Assembly: GCA_001773215.1 (NCBI GenBank)
Contig: MEWB01000001.1
Coordinates: 322,473-386,472, forward strand
Direction: 5' to 3'
Length of the DNA stretch: 64,000 bases
Origin: a candidate division WWE3 bacterium RIFOXYC1_FULL_40_10
GTDB lineage: Bacteria; Patescibacteriota; WWE3; UBA101185; UBA10185
Below the pieces are notes generated by a model. The model saw only the letters and a program-made list of their open reading frames with translations. It was not told the DNA's origin and ran no database searches. A program made the position numbers and the translations under genes. Shown in pieces: positions 1-9,046 of the stretch (the first letter of the stretch is position 1; every line of letters begins with the position of its first letter).

Positions 1-225
1 CTCCGTAGGTGATATTATCTGCCGGCTTTGGGAACATGACAACTATAAAAAGCATTGGGAGAAGTGACAAGGCTACTACCAAAGCTATAAAGGATTTAGT
101 AATTTTGTGAGTGAAAACTCTTCTAAACTTACTCTTTTTGGGCATTAAAATAATTATAATGGTTTAGGCTAACTATTGCCAATGGCTGGGCGGTCCGAAG
201 ATCCGCCCAGCTTTTATGTTCGATT

Positions 226-633
226 CTATTGGGCAAAGTCGCACCACTCTTTGTGGTTTATTTGTCTTTGAGTCATACCCTGAATCCTTGATTCAATATC
301 TTCCTGTGTTAGTCCGTTTTCTTGCCATCTTTTAGTCATCCACACCCTCATAAACTCCTGCATTTGTTCGTATGTGATGTTTTTTTCTCTTGCAATCTCT
401 ACGATAGTCTTTGTTTTCAGCTGTTCTTTTAGTTCATCGGCCGATAACCCAAAGAGTTCAGCCTTGGCCTCAATGCCTGGTTGTCGTCCCCTGGGAAATT
501 CTTTACCATTTCCGAAATCTTTCATGAAGTTTGGCCTTTGGTTGTCTGAAAAAGCTTTGGCTTTATCTATTGATAACCCAACTACAGATGCAGCTAATAC
601 ACCAATCACAGCTAAGGTCAAAAATTTATTCAT
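226..633 (-). CDS. small secreted hypothetical protein (N-terminal signal peptide), downstream of the sigma/anti-sigma pair
   Basis: ORF track; hydrophobic N-terminus MNKFLTLAVIGVLAASVVG; 30-bp gap to the upstream gene on the same strand. Confidence 0.45.
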   Translation of the reverse strand: MNKFLTLAVIGVLAASVVGLSIDKAKAFSDNQRPNFMKDFGNGKEFPRGRQPGIEAKAELFGLSADELKEQLKTKTIVEIAREKNITYEQMQEFMRVWMTKRWQENGLTQEDIESRIQGMTQRQINHKEWCDFAQ

Positions 634-662
634 ATTTGTTCACCTCCTACATTGTTAAATAG

Positions 663-1196
663 CTACCGATAAGGTTGATACAACGGAAGAGGTGGTTTTC
701 TTTCATTGAACTTTTGGATACAGTTCTGAGGAGGACTCGTATCGCAAATGCGCATTCTTTTATAGAAATTTTTTAGTTGAGGTTTTTTTTCCAAGCGCTC
801 ATTTATACCTGTGATATCCAAAACCATGCCGGACAAGATTACCGCTACAATTATACCGGCAGCAAGAAAAAGTAAATTTTTCCGATAAGACAGCTCATAC
901 TTTGTGAGCAGGTTTATACCTACAATCACCAGGGTAATTGAGACAAGCAATACCCCCCACGGAAAGTGCTTTATAAAAAAAAGAGGAAAGGGCCTTTGTG
1001 GTCCGAAATCTGCCTGAAAAAAACTTGTTCTTATCCAAAATGAAATAAAATTTATCATAAAGGATGCAAAACTAAATGCTAGTAGAGTACCGGATATTAA
1101 TAAGGCTGTCCCAACAGTAAAAAATACTTTAGGCCTCATCTTTATTTGCCCGTTGCGGATTTTATTCATTATTGCTTGTTTCATTTGGTCTGACAT
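663..1196 (-). CDS. multi-pass membrane protein, putative anti-sigma factor partner of the ECF sigma
   Basis: Overlaps the 3' end of the sigma factor gene by 16 nt (co-transcribed); several predicted TM segments; no recognisable motif. Confidence 0.4.
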   Translation of the reverse strand: MSDQMKQAIMNKIRNGQIKMRPKVFFTVGTALLISGTLLAFSFASFMINFISFWIRTSFFQADFGPQRPFPLFFIKHFPWGVLLVSITLVIVGINLLTKYELSYRKNLLFLAAGIIVAVILSGMVLDITGINERLEKKPQLKNFYKRMRICDTSPPQNCIQKFNERKPPLPLYQPYR

Positions 1197-1720
1197 ATTG
1201 TTTTTAGGAGTTTTTTACCCCTGTTAATTCTTGTACCTACGGTACCAACAGGAATTCTTAAAATGGTACTAATCTCATCGTAGGATTTATCTTCCAAGTA
1301 GTAAAGCACTAACGGCTCCTTGTATTTAATATCTACTTTATCTAAGCACAGTGCAATCCAGTTTTTGATCTCCTCCTTTTCGAAGTGTTCTTCCACGCTA
1401 AGATCGGTTGAAAATAGTTCGAAATCAAAATTACTTATCCATTTTCTTTTTATTAGTTTGTTTACAGATTCGTTGTGTGCAATTCTATAAATCCAACTCG
1501 AAAATTTTTTAGATAGATTTAACGAATTTAGATTCATATAAGCCTTAATAAATGTATCCTGGACTACATCTTCGGCCTCAGTATTATCCTTAAGGAGGTA
1601 AGAAACATATCTTACTAGCTTAGCTTGATATCTTTCTATTATATTTTCATATGCGAGTTTATCCCCCGCTATAACTTTTTTTACTATTTCTTCATCCGAG
1701 TACACACACTTATAATACAA
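1181..1720 (-). CDS. RNA polymerase sigma-70 factor, ECF subfamily
   Basis: Region 2 motif EDVVQDTFIKAYMNL; region 4 HTH YDEISTILRIPVGTVGTRINRGKKLL; ~180 aa. Confidence 0.85.
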   Translation of the reverse strand: MYYKCVYSDEEIVKKVIAGDKLAYENIIERYQAKLVRYVSYLLKDNTEAEDVVQDTFIKAYMNLNSLNLSKKFSSWIYRIAHNESVNKLIKRKWISNFDFELFSTDLSVEEHFEKEEIKNWIALCLDKVDIKYKEPLVLYYLEDKSYDEISTILRIPVGTVGTRINRGKKLLKTICQTK

Positions 1721-1739
1721 CTAAAGAATGAGTATTATT

Positions 1740-2387
1740 TCAGCTAAACAAAGGATATGTGAATGATATGGGTTCATCATTATTTGGACGTGGAATGTGA
1801 ATATGTTGTAACCTTTCAAGCTCAAAAAACGTTTCGGCCTTATACCGTTCACCTGCTAGAGAAATAAACTTTAGCAGAATTTCAGCAGTGGCCAAGGCGT
1901 CTGGAAGTGCTCTATGCCGTCGGGAAATTTTGATACCATAAAAAGTGGATAGCGCGTCAAGGTGCACGTTTTGCATTTGGGGTAGCAATTTTCGAGCTAG
2001 TTTAACGGTACAAAGCTTGGGGCACTCAATAGCGATATCGGAATTTTTTAATTCGCTTTTTATAAAGCCATAGTCGAAGTCTACGTTGTGTGCTACAAAT
2101 ATCGTCTCACGCAGCAAGCCAGCAACTGTTTGTGAGTAGTGGCTAAACGGTTTTTCCTTGTCAACCATTTTTTGAGAAATATGTGTGTATTTGGCTACCC
2201 ATGGGTCAATCTCTTGTTTTGGGTTTACCAATGTCGTCCATGTTTTTCCTACTTTTCCCTTGCTCACTATTACGATGCCGATATCCGTAACCCTATTATA
2301 TCTCGAGTTCATACCTGTTGTTTCAACGTCGACAACAGCAAATTTCAGAGAGCTCAGGTTAGTTCTTTTTAGGTGTTCTATTGTCAC
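1740..2387 (-). CDS. DnaQ-like 3'-5' exonuclease (DNA polymerase III epsilon family, DEDDh)
   Basis: Exo I motif FAVVDVETTGMN; Exo II VAHNVDFDYGF; Exo III HRALPDALATAE. Confidence 0.8.
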   Translation of the reverse strand: MTIEHLKRTNLSSLKFAVVDVETTGMNSRYNRVTDIGIVIVSKGKVGKTWTTLVNPKQEIDPWVAKYTHISQKMVDKEKPFSHYSQTVAGLLRETIFVAHNVDFDYGFIKSELKNSDIAIECPKLCTVKLARKLLPQMQNVHLDALSTFYGIKISRRHRALPDALATAEILLKFISLAGERYKAETFFELERLQHIHIPRPNNDEPISFTYPLFS

Positions 2388-2408
2388 AATTTCACTATAT
2401 TAGCAGAA

Positions 2409-2432
2409 AAACCCCCGATTGGGGGTTTTCTC
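2409..2432. terminator. Rho-independent terminator hairpin (cccccgattggggg) flanked by A-run and T-run, usable on both strands
   Basis: aaaaacccccgattgggggttttc seen directly; lies downstream of the minus-strand Lys-rich mini-ORF. Confidence 0.5.
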
Positions 2433-2483
2433 TGATGAAGTATATATACCTGTGAGCTCACAGAATATATAGGGCAGGTATAA

Positions 2484-2579
2484 TTACTTCTTCTTTTTCT
2501 TAACAGCTTTTTTCTTTGTAGTTTTTTTCACTGTCTTTTTTGCTACTTTCTTAGCTTTTGCTTTCTTTTTTACTGGCAT
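2484..2579 (-). CDS. 31-aa lysine-rich peptide (MPVKKKAKAKKVAKKTVKKTTKKKAVKKKKK), not in the ORF track
   Basis: ATG preceded by a strong SD (GGAGGA 7 nt upstream, read on the minus strand) and followed by the terminator hairpin at 2409-2432; too short for the 60-aa ORF track. Confidence 0.35.
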   Translation of the reverse strand: MPVKKKAKAKKVAKKTVKKTTKKKAVKKKKK

Positions 2580-2632
2580 TATTATCATCCTCCTCTCGAC
2601 TGTAATTAATTACGGGCAGAACGTCTCAACAA

Positions 2633-2836
2633 TTAGTCGTCTTTATCATCTTCATCTGGTCCCAAATCATCCCCTAGATCTAACTCCCCTGATGCCTCCA
2701 TTTCGATGCAAACTTCTTCATACAACTCCCAGTCCTCGGGAGAAGCGTCTTCGGCTGGCTCCCAAGTTGGATCATTTTGCAGATTTTTTACTATCTGTTC
2801 TTTTGTGAGCATGTTAGATATTTGGCGCAGTGCCAT
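2633..2836 (-). CDS. small highly acidic hypothetical protein
   Basis: ORF track; C-terminal DLGDDLGPDEDDKDD; overlaps the start of the upstream L,D-transpeptidase gene by 23 nt. Confidence 0.4.
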   Translation of the reverse strand: MALRQISNMLTKEQIVKNLQNDPTWEPAEDASPEDWELYEEVCIEMEASGELDLGDDLGPDEDDKDD

Positions 2837-3500
2837 AAATAACTACTCTGGTTCCCTGATCGTCTTGTGAAGAATAAACACTGGAAGTGTCTTTTGGTAA
2901 GGTTGGGTTGGCCCACGAAAATAGTTGCTCGACCTCCTCGGTTTTCATGTTTACACATCCATGGCTCATTGGTTGCCCAAAATTGTCGTGCCAGTAGGTT
3001 CCGTGGATGCTATACCCCATTCCCTTGGAAATCTCATCATTTGAAAAAAACATTGTGTAGGGAACGTTGGGCAAATAATAATATGTTCCTGCTTCCTGTG
3101 ATCCACCGGACATAAGTACATATTTCAGTTTAGACCAGATTCTAAATTCTCCGACCGGAGTCCTACCCCACTTACCGGTTGAAACTAGGAACTCAAATAC
3201 TTTTTTATCACCTTCGTAGGCGTATAACTTTTGGGTAGACAAATCTACCTCAATTCTTTTCTTATCAGTGTTAGAACCTAATACTTGTTTCGTCTCGTTG
3301 TTGAAACTTAAGGTCTGATTGGGCATCGTAACTTTAGTTCCATGAAATTCAGCCTGTTTGGCATTTTCTAAAAAATCCCCCGAAAAAGTCACTTTGTTAA
3401 TATAAGCGTTTTCGATAATTTTCTTATAAATATTGCTTTGCCGAATTTGAAAAAACAAAACACTCGCGGAAACTAAAATGAGCAGTAATTTAAATTTCAT
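2814..3500 (-). CDS. L,D-transpeptidase (YkuD domain) with N-terminal membrane anchor
   Basis: Catalytic motif SIHGTYWHDNFGQPMSHGCVNM (His...SHGC). Confidence 0.8.
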   Translation of the reverse strand: MKFKLLLILVSASVLFFQIRQSNIYKKIIENAYINKVTFSGDFLENAKQAEFHGTKVTMPNQTLSFNNETKQVLGSNTDKKRIEVDLSTQKLYAYEGDKKVFEFLVSTGKWGRTPVGEFRIWSKLKYVLMSGGSQEAGTYYYLPNVPYTMFFSNDEISKGMGYSIHGTYWHDNFGQPMSHGCVNMKTEEVEQLFSWANPTLPKDTSSVYSSQDDQGTRVVIYGTAPNI

Positions 3501-3534
3501 ACCTTAAATATGATACCAAAGATTTTGAAATTAA

Positions 3535-4800
3535 TTAAACCTTGTATGTATATTTAATATATTTTGCTCCCAGATCAATCATGGGTTTTTCCATAAATCT
3601 GTAGCATAATTCTGCCGCTATAATAATCATTACCCAGGCAAATGAATGTTGAAAAAACAAATGCACAGTTGCGGGGTATGGCAAAAAGTTATCATAAAAC
3701 TTTGCCACTAATGGATTGTAGATATAAAAGAGGGCCGCTCTTAGACGAATAAACAAGAAATGAGAAAGATAGATAACATAAGATCTCGCTCCCACGTACT
3801 CCAACACTCTCCTAAGTCCTTTCATGTTGAGCACCCAGCCTTTTTCTTTGCTTGCTAAGAACACCAGTACAGTGGCGAAAACAGCTACCACAATGTAATT
3901 AAGATAGTATCTATAATTATCCTGGGTTAGAGAGGGTGTAATCCAAATAACGGCTAACAATGTTAGGCTCACCAAAAATTTGGAAGTACCCTCAAGAATG
4001 GTTACGATCCATCTAATAATTTTGGGATTGTTGATTACACGAGACAGTTTGTTGATCAAAGAAAATTCGAAATAATTGGGTTTTGTATCAGGTTTTTCTG
4101 CTTTAGTGGCCTTTAGTGTAAATAGCGCAAGTAGTACTCCAAAAACAATGGCGAAATATCTCTCCGCAAATACGTATTTCAAAACCGTCGATTTGAGGAG
4201 ATAGGAGCCGGCCGGAACTACAAGCGTTAAAAATAGTAATATTCTTAGTAGCATTTTTTTTCTGTTCTTAAGGTTAGTTGCTATCAAAAACAATATTGGC
4301 AGAGTGATATAGAATTGCTCCTCAACGCAAAGGCTCCAATATTGGCTTAGATTACCGCTAAGCCCGTAAGACACCATATAGTTATAAAAGCCGCTGAGAA
4401 TTCCAATCGCTTCCATGAAAATATACTCGGGCTTACTAAAATCCGAGGCAATTGTATTTTTAAAAAGCATCGAAAGGCACCAATAAGAAAACATCCAAAA
4501 AATTGCCATTGGTAGAATTCTAAAAGCTCTTTTAAGATAAAATATAGATAGTGCTTGTTTTGATTTTTCCAACTTTTCCTCGAAAGAAGAGTCCTCCTTT
4601 AAATCAGGTAATAGTCGGAGTAGTGATAATGTGACTACAAATCCCGATATTACAAAAAAAATATCGACGCCAGTGAACGTCTGTGTTAAATAAGGTGGTA
4701 ATAAGTCGGAAAATGAGCCGTGAGCGATAGCTGTCATAATGACAGCAACTCCGCGCAGCCTTTCAATTTCTAAGTTTTTGGTTTTGGCTTGATCTGGCAT
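3535..4800 (-). CDS. acyltransferase family 3 (AT3) integral membrane O-acyltransferase
   Basis: N-terminal RLRGVAVIMTAIAHG typical of AT3; ~10 TM helices; 421 aa. Confidence 0.7.
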   Translation of the reverse strand: MPDQAKTKNLEIERLRGVAVIMTAIAHGSFSDLLPPYLTQTFTGVDIFFVISGFVVTLSLLRLLPDLKEDSSFEEKLEKSKQALSIFYLKRAFRILPMAIFWMFSYWCLSMLFKNTIASDFSKPEYIFMEAIGILSGFYNYMVSYGLSGNLSQYWSLCVEEQFYITLPILFLIATNLKNRKKMLLRILLFLTLVVPAGSYLLKSTVLKYVFAERYFAIVFGVLLALFTLKATKAEKPDTKPNYFEFSLINKLSRVINNPKIIRWIVTILEGTSKFLVSLTLLAVIWITPSLTQDNYRYYLNYIVVAVFATVLVFLASKEKGWVLNMKGLRRVLEYVGARSYVIYLSHFLFIRLRAALFYIYNPLVAKFYDNFLPYPATVHLFFQHSFAWVMIIIAAELCYRFMEKPMIDLGAKYIKYTYKV

Positions 4801-4864
4801 ATAATACTAGAAGATTATACTACAGTGAGTATAATTCCAATACTATAGTCAAATAAAGGAGAGA

Positions 4865-5446
4865 ATGATGCACTGGATAAGCTATATCAGGGAAGTTTGG
4901 CCGGGTTTGCTCACGGCGGCGAATGTACTTCGTCTCCCGTTGGATAAGATATCACCCGAGATGCTGAGGACTTTACAAGACGCAGGGACGCTTTATGGGG
5001 TTATAATTGAAAACAGAGGGATCCTGGTTTGGCGGGCAAAGGAGCGTGGGAAACGCAAGTTTGGTACCAAAAAGTTTGTCGTTGAATATCAAGCCGGTGA
5101 TCTACTTGTGGCCACACCCTCGGAAGTGTTTCCAAGTGTATTAGCGCGCCATACTGAAAGCGAAAGGAAACTATGGTTCAGCTACCAAGAACTCCAGGGA
5201 CCCATTCCCGCCGACATACTAGGGATTCTTGTGATAAAGGACCTTTTATCCCTTCGCTGGGAATGGCACACAGCTATCGAGACGCACCCAAGATTAGGTT
5301 TGATCGTGCCACAGAGGTATGTGATCGAACTTTCGGGTCAGAATGGGGTCACTAAGTTGTTTCCGGGATCAGCTCTAATTGTTTCAGAACAGGGGCTTTC
5401 CGGAATTCCTCATCGTAAAATGATAGATTATTCATACCATAAATAA
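4865..5446 (+). CDS. hypothetical protein, noticeably higher GC than its neighbours
   Basis: ORF track; no recognisable motif; GC by eye ~48% versus ~35% flanks; perfect 8-bp inverted repeat upstream and a perfect hairpin terminator downstream. Confidence 0.5.
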   Translation: MMHWISYIREVWPGLLTAANVLRLPLDKISPEMLRTLQDAGTLYGVIIENRGILVWRAKERGKRKFGTKKFVVEYQAGDLLVATPSEVFPSVLARHTESERKLWFSYQELQGPIPADILGILVIKDLLSLRWEWHTAIETHPRLGLIVPQRYVIELSGQNGVTKLFPGSALIVSEQGLSGIPHRKMIDYSYHK

Positions 5447-5450
5447 CAGA

Positions 5451-5486
5451 AGCCCTCTTTTGATGTAAATGTATCAAAAGAGGGCT
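5451..5486 (+). terminator. Rho-independent terminator for 4865..5446
   Basis: Perfect inverted repeat agccctcttttgat...atcaaaagagggct followed by a T-rich tract. Confidence 0.55.
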
Positions 5487-5506
5487 ACTAGTTTTATAAT
5501 TAGGTA

Positions 5507-6367
5507 ATGCAAAACATAATTGACTGGATAAGAAATAATAAGCTTACAAGTGTGTTGTTCTTGATACTAGCTTTAGTACTCTTTCAAGGAACTACTAAAA
5601 ATAAATATGGCAATACAATTGTTTCAGACGCAGTAGTCTATCAGGAGGCTGCAGGTAAAAGAGGTTTGGAACAAGTTCCCGCTCAACAACGAAGAGTAAT
5701 CACCAGCTCCAGTTTTTCTTTGCTTGTTGAAAAGGTTGTAGACACAGCGGATGCAATAAAGCTTGAGGTTGAGAAATTAGGCGGGTACGTTATAAACACA
5801 AATATTTCACATCCGGAGTCAGGAGATTACGCTTATCTTAGTATTAGAGTACCCACAGATAAAGTACCATCTATCCAAAAGCTATTAAGAGACAAATCGG
5901 TAAAAGTAGTAAATGAAAATATTTCGGGGGATGATATTACGGATCAGTACATAGATATTCAGGAAAGACTGACAAAGTTGGAAAATACTAAGAGAAGACT
6001 TGAAGAAATTATGGTTCTAGCAAAGGATGTAGACGAAATAATGATGGTTCAGCAAAACATTTTCAATCTCCAGGACCAGATCGATAGTTATAAAGGCCAG
6101 TTAAAGTATATGAATGAGGCTACAGCTACCAGCTTGATCAGTATCGACTTATCTACTGACGAGTTAGCACTGCCCTATACTCCACTGGATGTTTGGAGAC
6201 CGGGTGTTGTATTTAAGTTGGCGGTGCGATCTATGTTGGGCACCTTGCAGCAGCTAGGTACTGCTGCGATCTGGCTAGCAGTTTACGCAGTACTACTAGT
6301 TCCAGTCCTAATAGCTGTTAAACTGGGATTAAACATAATTAGGAAACGTCAGTCAAAAGTTTTGTAA
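5507..6367 (+). CDS. membrane-anchored coiled-coil protein (N- and C-terminal TM helices, DUF4349-like architecture)
   Basis: N-terminal TM, central heptad-rich region (QERLTKLENTKRRLEEI...), C-terminal TM; architecture-only call. Confidence 0.4.
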   Translation: MQNIIDWIRNNKLTSVLFLILALVLFQGTTKNKYGNTIVSDAVVYQEAAGKRGLEQVPAQQRRVITSSSFSLLVEKVVDTADAIKLEVEKLGGYVINTNISHPESGDYAYLSIRVPTDKVPSIQKLLRDKSVKVVNENISGDDITDQYIDIQERLTKLENTKRRLEEIMVLAKDVDEIMMVQQNIFNLQDQIDSYKGQLKYMNEATATSLISIDLSTDELALPYTPLDVWRPGVVFKLAVRSMLGTLQQLGTAAIWLAVYAVLLVPVLIAVKLGLNIIRKRQSKVL

Positions 6368-7818
6368 ACTCTTGCTAGTTTCTTGCCATTGTTCTTAAAA
6401 GTGTAAACGGAATCTTTGCCGACTGTTTGCCCGAATATCTCACCGGTTCCTCGGATATTGAAAGGGCGGTCGATGTAGATAATATAATAGCAGTGTGTGT
6501 CATCCGAAATTCCGAATTGATCATCCATGTATATCTGTGAAATCTCTTTCCCTTCGTTGGTAAGATAGTTACACTTTTCCGGATCTAAAGAAACTACTCT
6601 GTTAATTTCTTTCCAATTTCTAAAATGGGGAAAACCGAAGGTTAAAATTTCTCCGTCTGTGAATTTTGGAGCCACTAAATTAATTCCCTTCCAGTTGAGC
6701 ACGACTTTTTCTTGCCAGGGGTACTCTCTGGTGTGGTCTATAAATAATATGTGAGATTGCCAAATCAAAAAGGCCAGGGACACGAAGATGGGCACAAAAA
6801 ATATACCGTAGAACACTTTCTTATATGCAAATATAGAGCTAATTCCAAGTGCGGCAACAAATATTGCGGGAATTACATAATTGTATATATGAGTACCTGG
6901 TTTATCCATCAAATACTTGATAGCCAGAAAATTTAGTAAGAACCACAGGATAAACACCAGGTTTCTCCTAAAATTAAACAACGACAGCATCATTAGGCTG
7001 AGAATAAAATACAACGCCAGGAAGGGATTATACAAGTCAAAAATAAACTTATGCCTTAGAAAACCTAGGCTATTCCAACCAAAACGGCGATCGAAGTAAA
7101 TTAGGTTCGCCGAATTTTTTATGGTAGAAATAACGTAAGGGATTAGAAATGGCAGAATAAGTAGCACAAGAACAGCCAGATTAGTAATTAGAAGGCGTTT
7201 TTTAAGTGAGTACTCAATATCGGTTCGTCGAAAAAATTCAATTACAAAATATATAGTGGGAACTAAGTAAAAGATTGCATCCCAATGAGAAAGTAACGAG
7301 ATGCTAAAAAATATTGAGCCCAGCGCAGAAAGTAAAACGTGCCTTGAGGTGGCTTTTCGCAGCTTTGCAAACATGAGCAAGGACAATAAGGAGAAGAATA
7401 TATTTAAATTTTGATACTGCGCAATCCTGCCAAACCCAACAATAAATCCATTCGATAGAAAAAGTACTGCTCCCATAAAGGAAACGAGCTCGGACTCGAT
7501 GAACTCCTTTAGGAGTAAGTAAAAAATTACTATCGAAAGATAACTCAGAATAGTAAAGGGCATCCGCAAGCTAATTTCGTCACGCGGATTTTCCGTAAAA
7601 AACAGCACTCCCGAAGTTACTAAAAATTGTATCGGTCCTTTACGTTGTTTCATGAAAAATTCAAAGTTTGACCCTCCTGGTTGATTTCTAATTAATGCTT
7701 TTTTTTCGTCGTCTTGAAATTCGGAATAGCCTAGATCAGGGAACTTTAAAAACCATCCCAGTATCAGCAGTAGGATAATAGGTAACACCTTTTTAAACAT
7801 ACTTTTTAAAGTATACAT
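6349..7818 (-). CDS. polytopic membrane protein, GT-C-like glycosyltransferase candidate (ArnT/PMT-like)
   Basis: ~12 TM helices; acidic DDE motif in the first predicted loop (EFQDDEKK); soluble C-terminal domain. Confidence 0.4.
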   Translation of the reverse strand: MYTLKSMFKKVLPIILLLILGWFLKFPDLGYSEFQDDEKKALIRNQPGGSNFEFFMKQRKGPIQFLVTSGVLFFTENPRDEISLRMPFTILSYLSIVIFYLLLKEFIESELVSFMGAVLFLSNGFIVGFGRIAQYQNLNIFFSLLSLLMFAKLRKATSRHVLLSALGSIFFSISLLSHWDAIFYLVPTIYFVIEFFRRTDIEYSLKKRLLITNLAVLVLLILPFLIPYVISTIKNSANLIYFDRRFGWNSLGFLRHKFIFDLYNPFLALYFILSLMMLSLFNFRRNLVFILWFLLNFLAIKYLMDKPGTHIYNYVIPAIFVAALGISSIFAYKKVFYGIFFVPIFVSLAFLIWQSHILFIDHTREYPWQEKVVLNWKGINLVAPKFTDGEILTFGFPHFRNWKEINRVVSLDPEKCNYLTNEGKEISQIYMDDQFGISDDTHCYYIIYIDRPFNIRGTGEIFGQTVGKDSVYTFKNNGKKLARVYKTFD

Positions 7819-7824
7819 TACGAC

Positions 7825-8994
7825 TTAGCCAAACAGATACAGTTCTTCTTGGGCACGCGTGACTCCTGTGTAAAGCCATTTCTTCCACGTCGAATCATCC
7901 ATTTTTGAAAAACGTTCTTCGAACAAAATTACCTTTTTGGCCTGACTTCCCTGAGCTTTGTGAACAGTTAGGGCATAGCCAAAATCAAACAGATCCCCTT
8001 TTAGTGCGAATTTTCTTTGTTCTGTAAAATTAATAGAATTTAATGCTCCAAACTGCAGGGCGTAAATAAGTCCAGTATATAAACTATCCGAATCATCCAT
8101 TAATATGGCTGCTTCAAACCAGTCCTTCTCTACTCTCTCTATGTTTTGAATTGTTCCAAGCATGCCATTGTAAACATTTTTCTTCTGGTTGTTTCTTAGG
8201 CAAATAACTCTATCTCCGGGTTCGGGTGTGGGGTGCTCATACCCTAAAACGGTTCGAATAAAGTTATTGATCCTGGCTCTTGTAGAGTTATAACCGCATA
8301 AAATTAGTGTATCTGTTGTATAGCCCTCCAAAAGTTCAGTTGACATGGCCTGAGAGAAAGGATCATCTTTAGAATACTTAATAACTTTAGCATTGTATTC
8401 CTTAGCAGGAATTACTCCGGTGTTTCTGGCGTGAATAGAAACTTGAATTATAGGGTTGTTCTTTGCCTGGCGGTGAATTTCAGTTAATAGTAATTGGGGG
8501 TTAGCCATGAGATTAAAATTTCCGTTTATTGGTGGAAGTTGGCCGTGATCACCCACCGCAACTATCGGGATTTTATAGGAGAGTAAATCCATCCATATAT
8601 TACTATCTACCATAGAAGCTTCGTCCACGATAATAAGGTCAGTATCCAGCTCATCCTTTCTTTCCCACCCCACAATCTCTTTATTGGTATTTTCAATTGG
8701 GTCATAGATTAAGCCATGTATTGTGCTAATAGTATCTCTCCAAGTAAGCGCGTTTTGCTCCACCAGCTTATTTTTTAGGTTTTGGGCGGCTCTGCCAGTA
8801 TAACTGCAAAAAGCTATTTTCATTTTTTTATCGGTTTTCGTCAGGTGAGTCTTAAAAACCGAAATAAGTGAAGTTTTGCCTGTTCCGGCATATCCCCCAA
8901 GTGTAATAAATTGCTCTCTTTTAGGATCTCCAAACCACTTTAGTAATGCACTCAATGCTTTTTGCTGGTCTGCTGATAATTCCATGGATATCAT
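7825..8994 (-). CDS. SF1 DNA helicase, RecD/Pif1-like
   Basis: Walker A GGYAGTGKTS; Walker B LIIVDEASMV; C-terminal motif TVHKAQGSQAKKVILF typical of RecD-like helicases. Confidence 0.7.
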   Translation of the reverse strand: MISMELSADQQKALSALLKWFGDPKREQFITLGGYAGTGKTSLISVFKTHLTKTDKKMKIAFCSYTGRAAQNLKNKLVEQNALTWRDTISTIHGLIYDPIENTNKEIVGWERKDELDTDLIIVDEASMVDSNIWMDLLSYKIPIVAVGDHGQLPPINGNFNLMANPQLLLTEIHRQAKNNPIIQVSIHARNTGVIPAKEYNAKVIKYSKDDPFSQAMSTELLEGYTTDTLILCGYNSTRARINNFIRTVLGYEHPTPEPGDRVICLRNNQKKNVYNGMLGTIQNIERVEKDWFEAAILMDDSDSLYTGLIYALQFGALNSINFTEQRKFALKGDLFDFGYALTVHKAQGSQAKKVILFEERFSKMDDSTWKKWLYTGVTRAQEELYLFG

Positions 8995-9046
8995 AATAAA
9001 TCTTTAACTGGCTAATACCTAATTGATCGAGTATAATCTCAAAGTC

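Noticed and set aside
184-215. GC-rich hairpin gggcggtccgaagatccgccc near the window start as a terminator
   Set aside because: The T-run is weak and no complete upstream gene is visible in the window. The orientation relative to the minus-strand ORF 226..633 is wrong for it to terminate that gene. It is left unannotated.
2139-2403. Antisense ORFs inside the exonuclease gene (2139..2372, 2185..2403), and similar antisense ORFs inside bipA, the GT2 fusion, copA, the glucan synthase and the ABC permeases
   Set aside because: They are fully embedded, short and on the opposite strand of well-supported long genes. They are treated as spurious.
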